Of a stretch of DNA of 64,000 nt, positions 14,248 to 26,239 are shown piece by piece. The notes under the pieces are model-generated. The model was given only the letters and a program-made list of their open reading frames with translations. It was not told where the DNA came from and made no database searches. The position numbers and the translations under genes were made by a program. The stretch comes from Geosiphon pyriformis uo1 (lineage: Eukaryota; Fungi; Glomeromycota), in the NCBI GenBank assembly GCA_016748015.1, contig JAAOMT010000239.1, positions 699,940 to 763,939 of the forward strand, read 5' to 3'. Position 1 is the stretch's first letter; the number at the start of each line of letters is the position of its first letter.

Positions 14248-15724
14248 GGTTTGAGTAAATAAAATGGGAATGAATCTTTAATAGAATTAAAAATTTTGAA
14301 GCTTTTATTAATAGTAAGTTTAGAAACTTTAACACACAGCCATTTCCTGATAAGGAATAGGTTAAAACACGAAAGAATAAGTATGAATTTACTGTTTATT
14401 AATGATATTTTACAGTTGGATTGTAACACATCGACCATTTACAAATAAAACACCTATTTCCTCCATAATCTCAGGAGAGGAACAGAGCTTCATCAAGCAA
14501 TCTCAGGAAGAATTTCCTCCCAAGCGCTATTCTCATTTCTGTCAATTAGAATCCTGAAATTCCGGCATTGTACACTTTAGACCCTATAATCCTCTATGTT
14601 ACCACACTAGCTATAATTCTTGGATGACAACACAAAGACATTGTGGGAAAGGTAATGTGCTCAGCAGAATATTTTCATAATTTGCTTAGTGACTAATGTT
14701 TCAAGATCAAAGATGTCATAAAAATAACATCCACTGGAATCAATGTAATAGAAACCATTAAAACTAATTTTCTTCCAATAAAAACTATTCGTTAAAGAAA
14801 ATCCTCCAGAAATATGTCTTTTAATCTGCTGACATCATCATTGCCTATTGTTGAATTTGATCATCTTGTAGCTATGACGCTTTTTGATGAGTCATATCAT
14901 ATTTTAGACCATCTTACATATATAAAAAACTTATTTTTAGAATCAACGTCCTATTTGAAAATATTAATCATAGTCAGACATCCAAGTTAAGCCTAAATTA
15001 GGAAAAACAGTACAGAAACATATAATTTTGGATTTATGCTTCGAGTGATTTTTAAGAACATATATCATTGCATTCGTAAAATATTACAACCCATTTAGAA
15101 TTTAAAACGCGGTTCAAAATTCTCCCAGATAACAACCAAGGAAAATTTCATCAGAGTTCACTTTGTATTCTCACTCTAAAGCGTAAGTAAAATAGACTCA
15201 AGTGATATCAGAGAAATTGTTCACCTGTACAAGTATATGGATGACCTTATTTAGAAAAAAGACAAACTGGCTGTCTTTATTTCAAAGCATAAGGAATACA
15301 GGGCCTGAAAACTCGACAAAGCAGCCCCCACATGAAAAGAATTGCGCATCTTTAGAGTAAGATCCACAGAAAGGCGATCATACTCTTCATTCGCGAATCT
15401 TCATCTCGCCACAATAGGTTTCTATTTTAAATCAAAATCACAATAGGTTTCTATTCTTGATAAAATGACAAACAGGAAATATTAATTTCTATTCTTAATT
15501 CAGGAAAGTAATTTTATCGGGTATTTTCAAAGAAACTTTTTTATTATTAGACCTTCTATTGGACAAATAACGTTTGATTAAACGTTTGAGTAATTTTGGA
15601 AAAATGTATTTAAAGACACCTTGACCTTTTTCTTTTTGAGGTATCTGAGATTTTAAAGCCAGATATAACAGCTACTTTTAATTCCTTTGAATATTCTTTT
15701 TCTAAATTTAATTTATATTGTAAA

Positions 15725-17603
15725 ATGTCTTCTTTAATTCCTCTTCGTTAACTTGGTAAAACTGGTACCATGATTCCTGCCATTGGATTGGGTTGCATGG
15801 TTAATTCATTTTCATTTTCATTTTTGAATCTGAAATCAATTCGAGTACACACCATTTCTAAATAGGATTAATTATTTGATAATAGGGAATGAGCGAATTT
15901 TATGGAAGTGCTGATGATGCTCAAAGTCTCAAAGTGTTGAAATGTGCCATTGAATTGGGGTGCACTTTTTGGAACACTTCTGATATGTATGGAAAGGGAC
16001 ATAATGAGGTATGTACATATTATTAAAATGTTGAAATTTATTTAAAAAATAATGTGACCAATTATTATTTGGTAAATCTAGGAATTGATTGGCAAGGTAC
16101 TCAAAGAACATCGAAATGAAGTGTTCATTGCAACCAAATTCGGTTTGTTTTTGAATTTTTTTTGATTGGGTTCTTCCATTTCAATTAGGATATTTCCGTT
16201 TTCAAATATTTTTTATTTTTGAAGGTGTTGTTCGTAACGAAATACACAATATCTATGGTACACCTTTTTTTTTTTGTTAACAAGGTCTTTTATTATATCA
16301 GCCAATATGGCCTTTTCATAAAGCCGACTCACCCAATAACCTAAATTACAAGAATCGGGTGACCATATCGATGGTACACCAGAATATGTTCGCGAAGCTT
16401 GTGAAAAGAGTTTGAAGAGATTAGGTGTTGATCAAATTGATCTTTATGTTCAGCATCGGGTTGATCCTCGAACGTAAATATATTAAATTTCGTAATTGCT
16501 AAAATTCAATCTCTTCCGTATATTCTATGAAAGTCTTGTATATCCAATTATTTTGCTTCAATTCCTGCATTTACATTTCTATATAGGCCAATCGAAGAGA
16601 CTGTAAGGGCACTAGCAGAACTCGTGAAGGAAGGAAAAGTAAAATATATTGGATTATCTGAATGCAGCGCAGCTAATCTTCGTCGTGCTTACAAAGTTCA
16701 TCCAATTGCAGCTCTTGAGGTAAAATATCTGATTTTAGAATGGAGGAAAATAAGTTTTATTTCTTCATGATTTTTAACTTTCATCATTTAGATTGAATAT
16801 AGCCCTTGGACTCTTGATATCGAAGAAAATGGAATCCTTGAAGCGTGTAGAGAATTAGGTGTCACGATTATAGCATATAGTCCATTGGGACGCGGGTTCT
16901 TAACTGTAAGTCAAGTTTTAGTTCATTAAGACTCTTAACTCTTTTCTTTTAATCAGTTTGAATAACTTAAAATTTTGCACAAATGGCAGGGACAATATAA
17001 GTCAATAGAAGATTTTGCTCCAGACGATTTCCGAAGAACAAATCCACGTTTTGAAGGTGAAAATTTCCAAAAAAATCTCGAACTCGTAAATCGATTTGAG
17101 ACTTTAGCAAAGAAAAAAGGGATCTCAAACAGTGAACTATGTTTGGCTTGGGTTTTAGCTCAGGTATGAAAAATGGTTATTTGTTTCTCAAATTAGTGAA
17201 AAATATTGTTAAAAGTCTTGAATTTATTTTTACAGGGAGAGGAATTTGTGGTTATTCCGGGAACTAGGAACATCAAGTAAGTTTTTCTCGAGAATTGACT
17301 GTTTATTTGTTTATTTTAAGTTTCCTGAATCTTCTCAAACCTTTTGCCCTTATTATAATTCATCAAAAAAACTTCAGGCATCTTGAAGAGAATGTTGGAG
17401 CCGGAAAGGTACAATTAACACCTGAAGAAATTGCCGAAATTCGGGATGTGATTAATTCTATTAATATTTCTGGGGAACGATATCCTGATATTCTTTTGAA
17501 GGTAAACTTTTTTTGGGCATTGCTTGTTTCGTAAAATTCTGGTATTAATCGTAATGTATTCTTTTATATTTAAAACTTTTAGGCTCTCGATTCAAGAAAT
17601 TAG
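15725..17603 (+). pseudogene. AKR copy 1 (AKR13/YakC-like aldo-keto reductase), 10 exons; TAA at codon 9 plus retro-insertion in exon 4
   Basis: [52 protein letters not shown]>TAA at 15749-15751; a downstream in-frame ATG lies at 15770. Confidence 0.85.
16249..16380 (-). mobile_element. 100-bp polyA-tailed retro-insertion (16265-16364) with 16-bp TSD
   Basis: TSD atatc(t/g)atggtacacc at 16249-16264 and 16365-16380; T11 at 16265-16275; AATAAA upstream of the tail on the minus strand; absent from AKR copies 2 and 3. Confidence 0.92.
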
Positions 17604-17711
17604 AATATTGAAATATAAATAAAACTTTTTTATACTTGAATAGATTAGCCAATTGTAACTTTTCTTCTTGAAAACCTTCCAATTTCGTACCTTGGACGAT
17701 TCTCCGTTTTT

Positions 17712-18148
17712 TTTAAAGACTTTATTACTATTTTTTGAAGATGTTTTTATAAATTTTATTGCTATTTATATCTCTTTTCTCCATGTTTCATATCCCATTA
17801 AATCATAATATTTTGTAACATCAAAACGAATAAATTCATCAATAAAGATTGCTTTATAAATTGTATTGAACTTTTTCTCTCCAATTTTGTTGATAATTGA
17901 AAAACTCTTCTATGTAATCCATTCATAATAATTAACTTTACTATAAGAGTGTTCAATAGGTGGAGTATAGATTGAATTCGTAATTATTTTATTAACTACT
18001 TTGTTTCACTTGAAAGTTTTTCAAAAAATAAGAATTTGCATGCTCTACACTTATTCACTACATTTCGAATGATCTCTTGACATTTTTCACATAGGTTGCA
18101 ATCATGAGCAGCTTCTGGACAAGTTCTTGTGAATTCCTCGTTTTCCAT
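17712..18148 (-). pseudogene. K3: kinase exon-1 relic (close to K2), frameshifted and 3'-deleted
   Basis: MENEEFTRTCPEAAHDCNLCEKCQEIIRNVVNKC; aligns to 13800-14247 with small deletions. Confidence 0.85.
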
Positions 18149-18914
18149 GGTTTGAGTAAATAAAATGGGAATAAGTGTTTAGGAAAATGTTAATATAATT
18201 AAAATTTTTGAATTTTAAATGGGAGGAGTTATTTAAAAAGCTTTTATTAATATTAAGTTTAGAAACTTTAACACACAGCCGTTTCCTAATAAGGAATATA
18301 TTAAAAAATGAAAGAATAAATCTTACCTTTTTTTTTTACATGCTATTTTAAATTATCTTGTTTACATAAATTCATAAATTCATAAATTACCACTCCTTTT
18401 TAAATCACAAATAATTTTTTTAATAATTAAACTTTTTTTAAACTAAAAAAATTCCATGAAAATAAACATGTTTTAATTTTAATTCAAATCAAATAAAATT
18501 TAATAAAAAACAAAAATAATATATGTCAAATTTCAATTATTTTTATATATACTATTAATTAAAATTAGTTTTAATGTAAACTTTAATATTGTAAATTTAA
18601 TAAAAAACTAATAAAAAAAATATAAAAAATTATTACACTTAATTTAATGTTTTAACTAAAATTTAATAAAACTAATTTTGTTTTTTAAAAATTTTTATTG
18701 AATTTTTTTTTTCATAAAAAAAAAATTTCTTATTGATTTAAAACATATAATGTAATCTAATTGTTATTTAATATATATTTAATATATTTATGTCTTATAT
18801 TAAATACAATTTATGTTTTTTCTATATATATAATTAGCTATTTAAACCAAATAAAACTATATTATCTTATACTTAACTATTTGATATTATTATATAAAAA
18901 CAAAACTATTATAA

Positions 18915-18947
<33 letters not shown>

Positions 18948-19169
18948 TAAATAATATACAAAATTTGTTAATTTATGTTTTTTTTTTTAATTTTTTTAAC
19001 AAATATTTTATTTGAAATATTAAATATATATATATATATTAATAATTAATTGTTAAAAAATAAATTAAGCTAAATTAAATATTTAATTATTTAAAATTTT
19101 AATAATAAGCTTTTTTGTAAATATAAATATTTAATAATTAAATAAAAATTAACAAATATTGAAATTTTT

Positions 19170-19280
19170 TTTTACATGCTTGTGATGTAGCCCAACTACA
19201 AATTATTGTCATACGAACTATTTTTTTGTATATATAGACATGGATCATGCACAAACCACACATGATCGCCATTTGATATG
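19170..19280 (-). mobile_element. Short LINE 3'UTR relic
   Basis: T-run, then gcccaac... ggatcatgcac...cacatgatcgcca, resembling the family 3'UTR motif (tcatgc...cacgtgaccagcca). Confidence 0.5.
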
Positions 19281-20059
19281 GAATTTATTAAATAATAAAA
19301 ATTTTAAAAGCAAAAAAAATCAATTATTAAAATTCACAATATAAAATATTAAATTTTTTTATTAAATTTTTTGTATAATATTATTAATTAATTAATTAAT
19401 ATTATTATAAATTTTGAATTAATTAACTAATTGTTTTAAAAATATATATTATAATTCAAAAAATTTTTGGCTTAAATTGAATTCTAAATATAATAAATAA
19501 GCATTATATTAATTTCAATTAATTATATTTATGATTTAAAATTATAATCATGTTGAAAATTTTAATTGAAATTTAATTTTAAACTTTTAATTAGTTTTAT
19601 TTATTTATTTATTTATTATATATATTGATTTAAGTAAAACTACTTTAAAAATTCAAATTTATAATTAACTTCAATTTTTATTAAGAATTTTTTTGGTTAC
19701 ACGATTTAATCCAACTACTAACTATTTTCTTACAACGTTATTATCCCTGAATTTTAAATATTAAATCTCAAATTAATAAAAAAATGGATTCTAATTAAAT
19801 AATTCAAAAATAATAATTCAAAAAAGTAATAAAAATTAACTTAATAAAAAAATTAATTGCAAAAAAAAATTTTCTAAAAGCAAAAAATTACATAAAATTT
19901 ACTAAATATTTATATTAAAAAAATACTATATTAGCAAAAAAAATTTAAATTTTCAAACAAAGCTTAATAAAAATTATACAATTATATAATTTAAATAGAC
20001 CAAAATAAAAGCTTTAAAATAATATATTAAATTATATAATAAATCTTTAATAATAATCA

Positions 20060-20300
20060 ATGTATTTTTTTTTATTTAACATGCTGTGACAAAGTGAGAT
20101 CCTTCCACTACCTAAAACGTAAAACACATGTGTCCTACATTAGGTGTGGATCATGCGCTTTCTTCACGTGACCAGCCACCCGGACTTACGTCAAGACCTC
20201 CCTAAGCACTAAACGAAAAATTACCAGTCGCGTACAAACCACGCGCTACACGACCTAAAATATCTGCAACATCAGAAAAAATTCTTGACCCCTAGATGAA
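20060..20300 (-). mobile_element. 5'-truncated LINE 3' end, little mutated (CpGs retained)
   Basis: ggatcatgcgctttcttcacgtgaccagccac matches the 3'UTRs at ~39555 and ~48995; ORF end ...DILGRVARGLYATGNFSFSA*; T-rich tail. Confidence 0.75.
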
Positions 20301-20872
20301 ATTAATGTTTTTTGATATTTTGTTAAATTATATTGTTTAAAGAAAACTAAAAAATAAAAACTGTTTCTTTGCAATACTGTTTTTTTTTGTTTATAAATTA
20401 ATCTGTATTTATATTTATATTTATATAATAAATTATTTGCTATTTAATTTATTTAATGATTAGTATTAATTATTAATTAATATTATATAATATTAATATT
20501 AAACAAGTATTATAAGCATATTATTGGGTTAAAAAAGAATTATAATATTATTATTTTTGAATTTAGAGTTGTATTAACATTGCAAATCTATTTTTAATAT
20601 TTAATTATTAATTATTTTAAGATTTCTATATTAATTATGTGATGTTTATTTTAATAGTTTATTATTTTTACCAATTTCTTTTCAAATTATTTTGTTTTTT
20701 TGTAGTTTTTATCTATTTTTAAATTTTATAGAATAATAGATTAAAAATAATATAAAGTTTTTATTTTAATAGGTTTTGAATGTTATTATTAAAATTAAAC
20801 TTGTTAAATTACTTTTTTTATTACATTTAAAAATGCCAAACAAAATTAATTTTTTTGTTAAATGTTTTTGTA

Positions 20873-20908
<36 letters not shown>

Positions 20909-21219
20909 TTTAATGCTATTATAACACATTAAGATAAAAAAAAATTTTATGGTCTGTAAAACAAAAAGTGTTTAATATATTAAATTTTAAAAAAAGTGTA
21001 TTTGTTGTAAAAAAGTTTTGATTAGCTAATTACATGTAAAAAATGTATTATTTACATTTATTAACACAAAAAAGCAATAAAAAAATCAAGAAATTAATTA
21101 TAAATTTATTACAAGTTTAAACTTTAAAAAATTTTTATACAAATAATAAAATATACTCTATTATAAAAAGATCAACTAATTAGAATAAAAGTTTATTAAT
21201 TATAAATTAAAAGAACTAA

Positions 21220-22644
21220 CCTTTTGTTTCTTTATTTAATTTTCAAAGTTAAATGACAACTTGTATAAACTTTACCCGAATGAATTACTATCCTTGAACT
21301 ATTAACCGTTTCTTTTACGTAATTTTCTGATTTTAATAACTCTACCCTCTCATTTGAAGACTCAGGCCGATATAGCTTTCCCAGCTCATCCAAGTTTTTT
21401 TTTGAAGCTCATTCAACTTCCAGTAAACTTCTTTAGCAGTAGGACGATTCTTAGGATTAGTATCCAAACACTTTTCGATGAATTCAGCAATTGAAGGTGG
21501 AATAAAGGGGGAGGTAATCTTAGGCCTTTGACCATTCAAGATATCCATCACGAGAAAGCGATCATGAAAGAGAGGAGAAAAAAAAAATATATGGAGTAAT
21601 TCCATACATTTCACCAGAAGTTTTAATAGGAGAAAAATTTACGATAGCTGGTGACATTTATAGTTTTGCCATATTATTATGGGAATTGGCAACAGGAATG
21701 CCCGCTAGTGCTGTTGTTTCCGAATTTAATGTTTCATTGTTTGGTGCTGCTGTTTTATTATTTTTAGGTTGACATAATCCGAGGTCTCTAATATTCACAT
21801 AAATTTCAGGATAATCATAATGTAGGATGTTGCCCGAGTGTAGGTAAGAATGAACCATACCAGCAGAATAAATTATAATAAGTCTTTTGGCAATACTAAT
21901 TGGTATCAATAATTTAATACGCCAAGACATGGAATGAAATTCTGTTGATAAATACTTTCGCATGCCTTCATATATAGCAAATTCATCACAATCCCATACT
22001 CGAGTGTTTCAGGGTTTTGCGTAACTTCTTATATTTTAGAGATATAGTCTTGGTCAACAACATTATTAATAAATATAGCTCTTTGAATGCATACCTATCA
22101 GAAGAGAAGAGAAGAGAAGAGAAGAGAAGAGAAGAGAAGAGAAAATAAATAAATAAATATTTAATTCAATTAATTGAACATTTAAATGATTTTAAATAAT
22201 AATAATAATTTAATTACCTCTTTAAAGAGTTCTTCAATGTTCTGCAAAGATGTTTTTATAAATTTTATTGCTACTTCTTCCCATCCATTTCTTTTATATT
22301 TGATTGAAACATTATGTTTTATACTCCACCCATCAATATACGTTACTCTATAAATTGTACCAAATCCTCCCTCGCCAATTTTGTTGATATTCTTTAAACG
22401 TTCCCAAAGGAATCCATTCATAATAAATTAATTAATTTTATTTACGCAAATAGATTGGAAACTTAATTATTTCATCAAATACTTTATTCCCGCTTGAAAA
22501 GTCCTTGTAAAAATTTAAAAAAAATAAGAACTGGCATATCGCACACTTATTCTCTTTATTATTTTTAATGCTCTCTTAACACTCTTCACACTCGTCGCAA
22601 TCATGAGCTTCTGGACGAGTTCTTTTAATTTCAAGTTTTTCCAT
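21220..22644 (-). pseudogene. K4: kinase pseudogene with stops, frameshifts and an internal 130-bp inversion
   Basis: ATG at 22644; CAA>TAA at ~22577; HRD degraded to HSY; segment 21571-21702 reads as kinase on the + strand; (AGAAG)n in the intron at 22100-22142. Confidence 0.9.
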
Positions 22645-23320
22645 GGTTTAAATAAAATCTGAATAACTATTGTGAGAACGTCAATAAAATAGATCTTTTT
22701 TTTTTATAAAAGCTTTTCTCAATAGTAAGACGGGACTCGTGAAGATAGTTAACAAATCAAAATTAAAAAATCACATTTCATATAATTTTTAATTCTCAAT
22801 ATATTTTTCATATATTATAATTTTTGCTACAATTAACCTATTAAAAAGCTTTTAAATTGCAAATTTTTATTTTTAAAAATATTTATTATGGATTTTTGTT
22901 TTTGATTTATATAAAAATGAAAATGAAAATGAAAATAAATGAAAATAATAATTATGAATAAAGAATTTTCACGCGCATTTTTTTTATTTTAATACATATT
23001 GTTATAAATAAGTTTTAAAACATAATAATAAAACATATTGTTGTTAATTTTTTCTTTGTTTTATAAATTTTTAAAACACTCAAAATTATTTTCCTAATTA
23101 TTATATTTTTATAAGTATCAATATAATGAGTTTATTTAATATGTTTAGAAAAGTTTTTTATTTATAAATGCAAATTATTTAAAATATGAGATCTTCGAAT
23201 TGATGTATCAATAAATATCTAAACATTGTAAAATGTCTATTACAAATATTGCTGTAAATTCTTGAAAAAAGGAAAAACATGTCGAGGCTCTTAACGTAAA
23301 AACATTATTTTATTCTAAAT

Positions 23321-25271
23321 CTACCTTACACTTTTAGCATAATCGATATCCCCTTGCAACTGTCGTAACTCACGTTCACTATCACTCAGATATGTGTCTA
23401 GTATACTCATCTGTGTTTTTAGCGTCTGTATATTATCCTCTAATTCATGAATTGCAGCTCGTTCTTTCTTAATATGTTCTTCGAGCAACGATGATTTGCT
23501 TTTTCCACTGATATCTTTTAAAGCCGATAATTGTTTTTGTTTGTACTCATAAAGTTGTCGAAATTCTGTTTTTACTGCTGAAGAATTGGAAGAAGTAAGG
23601 GCAGTAGTGTAAGTTGATAATGCTTTCTCTTCGGCCCTTTGAAGTTTTTCATTTAATTCCGCTAATTCTCGGAGCAATTGTTCTTCTTCCCTGTTTGTCC
23701 CGCCTCCTAAAATGATAAATTACATATAAATAAAATAATTCGAAAAGTAATAATATTTCAGGATACTTTACCTCTATGAATGGATCTTGGTGATCCCTTA
23801 TTACTTGATGTTGCCCTACGCGTAGTAGATGTAGGATCTAGAGTCTCATTGTAGTTATAATTAAGCTTTCCACGTACCAAAGATGTTTGCAAGGCTTTTG
23901 GTAAAACATTGGGTATTCTTTTTCCTTTGCTTCGCTCATTCAAAATATGCAAAAAAACGAGGCAGGCATCTTTTCCAAGCTTTTGTTCAAAATTAACATC
24001 CACAAGACTCCTAAATAATATGTATTAAGATTTTTCAAAAATGCCAGTTTGAAAAAACATCATTAATATTTGGGAAAAATTTTTGACATTGAACCATGCT
24101 TCTATGCATTCTTCTCTTGGTATTCCAAGTGTTTCATAGAGATCATCGAAAAAAGCAACTAAACAATAAATAAAGAAGATTTCAAACATCAATCGAACTT
24201 TTCCTGAATAGCCAAAAATTATTTACTAACTGATAATTACATCGTACATATCCATGAGGACCCACATGGCTCGAATATTGATTTTCGTAATTGAATTTAT
24301 CAGCGGGCGGCATATACCAATCGAAATCATCAGTCAAAGGGGCCGTCGGAAAATTACCCAACTTTAAATGAGAACAAAATAATATTTATTTACATCAAAC
24401 ATGGGAAAAAATGAAACATAAATACGAAATTCTCCAATACCTGATGTCGTTGAAGGGTAGGCGGTGGGGGTACTGGTGGAGGAATTTGCGAATACTTCAA
24501 AATATTGATAACTATACATTATATTGAATCCTTAAAATTATGAAAAAAAACTCAAGGCAGGGTAAAAATAATAAAACAAAACCTGAAGTTGAGAGGGTGA
24601 TGGAGGTACAGGTGGGGGAACTTGTGAATACTGTTGTTGTTGTCGCTGCTGCTGCTGCTGTTGCTGTTGTTGTGACATTAATCCAATCCCAGCAGAATAT
24701 CCACCACCACCACCACCACCACCACTACTACTACCTCCTCCACTGATAAAATTCCCCCCACCACCTCCAATAAAATTTCCACCACCCTGAATTATGTTTC
24801 CTCGCGAGAATAAGTGAATTTTACTTTGAGGAATAAGATGCGCTGGAAGTGCTGGCGGAACATCAGGGTAAACGCCGGCCAACAAATCATTAACTAATCT
24901 GTACGTAACCGAAAATTCATCAAAATCAAGGTTACCGTCCTTATCTATGTCGCATAGATCCCTGAGCAGAGGGCAAAAGGGAAAATGAATGGGTCTTTGA
25001 GATGGTTTAAATGAAAAAACCAAGGCTTTCAACTTACCATATTTTTTCGAGTTTGTTCACCGGGATATTAGAGTTTACGAGCCATTTGTGTGCTTGGGCA
25101 CCTTTAAATCAACATTATTTTACAAACGGAAAAAGTTAAAAACTGGTAATGAACAAAACCAACTTCATTAAAACAGATGAGAGTCATACCAGTAAGATAT
25201 CCATTAATAGGGCCAAGTTGGGTAAACATGGAAAAATATTGTCGTTTTTCTGCCTCGCTTATACCACTCAT
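23321..25271 (-). CDS. END3: End3-like EH-domain endocytosis / actin-regulatory protein
   Basis: MSGISEAEKRQYFSMFTQLGPINGYLT..LEKIWDLCDIDKDGNLDFDEF (EH1), DFDWYMPPADKFNYE, a second EH-like region (FLHILNERSKGKRIPNVLP) and a C-terminal coiled coil; multiple GT-AG introns. Confidence 0.88.
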
Positions 25272-25578
25272 TTTCAAAAAGATAACTGTTAAAAGAAGGA
25301 AAATTGCAAAATATAAATAGGTTTTGGTGAAGGTAAAATCTGGCATACAAGTAATGTTTCTTATTATTGCCGATGCAACTGTACAGTTGGTCACACTGAT
25401 GATCCAACTTTTTGCTTATTAAAAACTATTTGTGATTTGCTATGTCTTACTTTCTCACTGCTTCTCGTAAAAGTTCAAAACAACCACAAGTTTCCCTTCT
25501 CTTTCAAAATTTTTAGTATTTACCCGTGACTGTTTTGTCAGTGAGGTTTGGGGTAGCGAAAAAGAAAAAGTCAAGAAC

Positions 25579-26239
25579 ATGTCAGATTTGCAACAGTACG
25601 TTGATCGTATCCTTTTTTTTTTGCCAACAAGAGTTGATTGGGCTGTTTTGGAGTATATACTCGATTAGAGTGAAAGGAAATAATTAATATTGATGTGAAT
25701 CGAGCAATAAAGGTTATCATGAAATCTTCCTTTGTGGATTCAAGGATTCATCATACTCTCTTCATAACTGCGCCTCAAATTCCAAATAAATTCCTTGACA
25801 TCTTTTTCACCAAATTATTTCAAGAATCTGTGGAAATTATCACCGTTGATGGGCGCGTTATAGTGGTAAGGATATAAAAATGGTCATAATATGGTTTCCT
25901 TATGAATTATTAACATCTCAATTGCCTTTCATTTGTTGAAGGGAACCTTAAAAGGTTTCGATCAGACGACCAATATTATACTTTCTGGATGCCACGAACG
26001 TGTGTTCTCGGAGACAGAAGGTGTTGAGAAGGTGCCCCTTGGATTGTACATAATACGCGGGGATAATATGTAAGATGAACAATCAAGTTTAACAATCGGA
26101 TTAAGTTTCTTTATCTCATTTCTTAGTTTGTTGAATACTTTGCAGATGCGTTGTAGGTGAACTAGATACGGAACGAGATGAGGCAATTGACTATTCAGAG
26201 ATCAGAGCTCCACAATTACTTGATATGTCAAGACGTTAA
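25579..26239 (+). CDS. LSM8: U6 snRNA-associated Sm-like protein Lsm8, 4 exons
   Basis: MSDLQQYVDQSVEIITVDGRVIV|GTLKGFDQTTNIILSGCHERVFSETEGVEKVPLGLYIIRGDNI|CVVGELDTERDEAIDYSEIRAPQL. Not in the ORF track. Divergent from END3 with ~300 bp between the ATGs. Confidence 0.93.
25607..25824 (+). other. U12-type (minor spliceosome) GT-AG intron in LSM8
   Basis: 5'SS GTATCCTTT, branch site TTCCTTGAC (25791-25799), phase 1, ends ...TTCAAG. Confidence 0.88.

Noticed and set aside
16265-16364. Hammerhead ribozyme in the retro-insertion (also considered at 9603-9630)
   Set aside because: No proper CUGAnGA core correctly paired with GAAA.
23757-23775. GTATCCT on the minus strand in END3 as a second U12 donor
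   Set aside because: The reading frame requires the GTAAAG donor 5 nt upstream, and no U12 branch site was seen.
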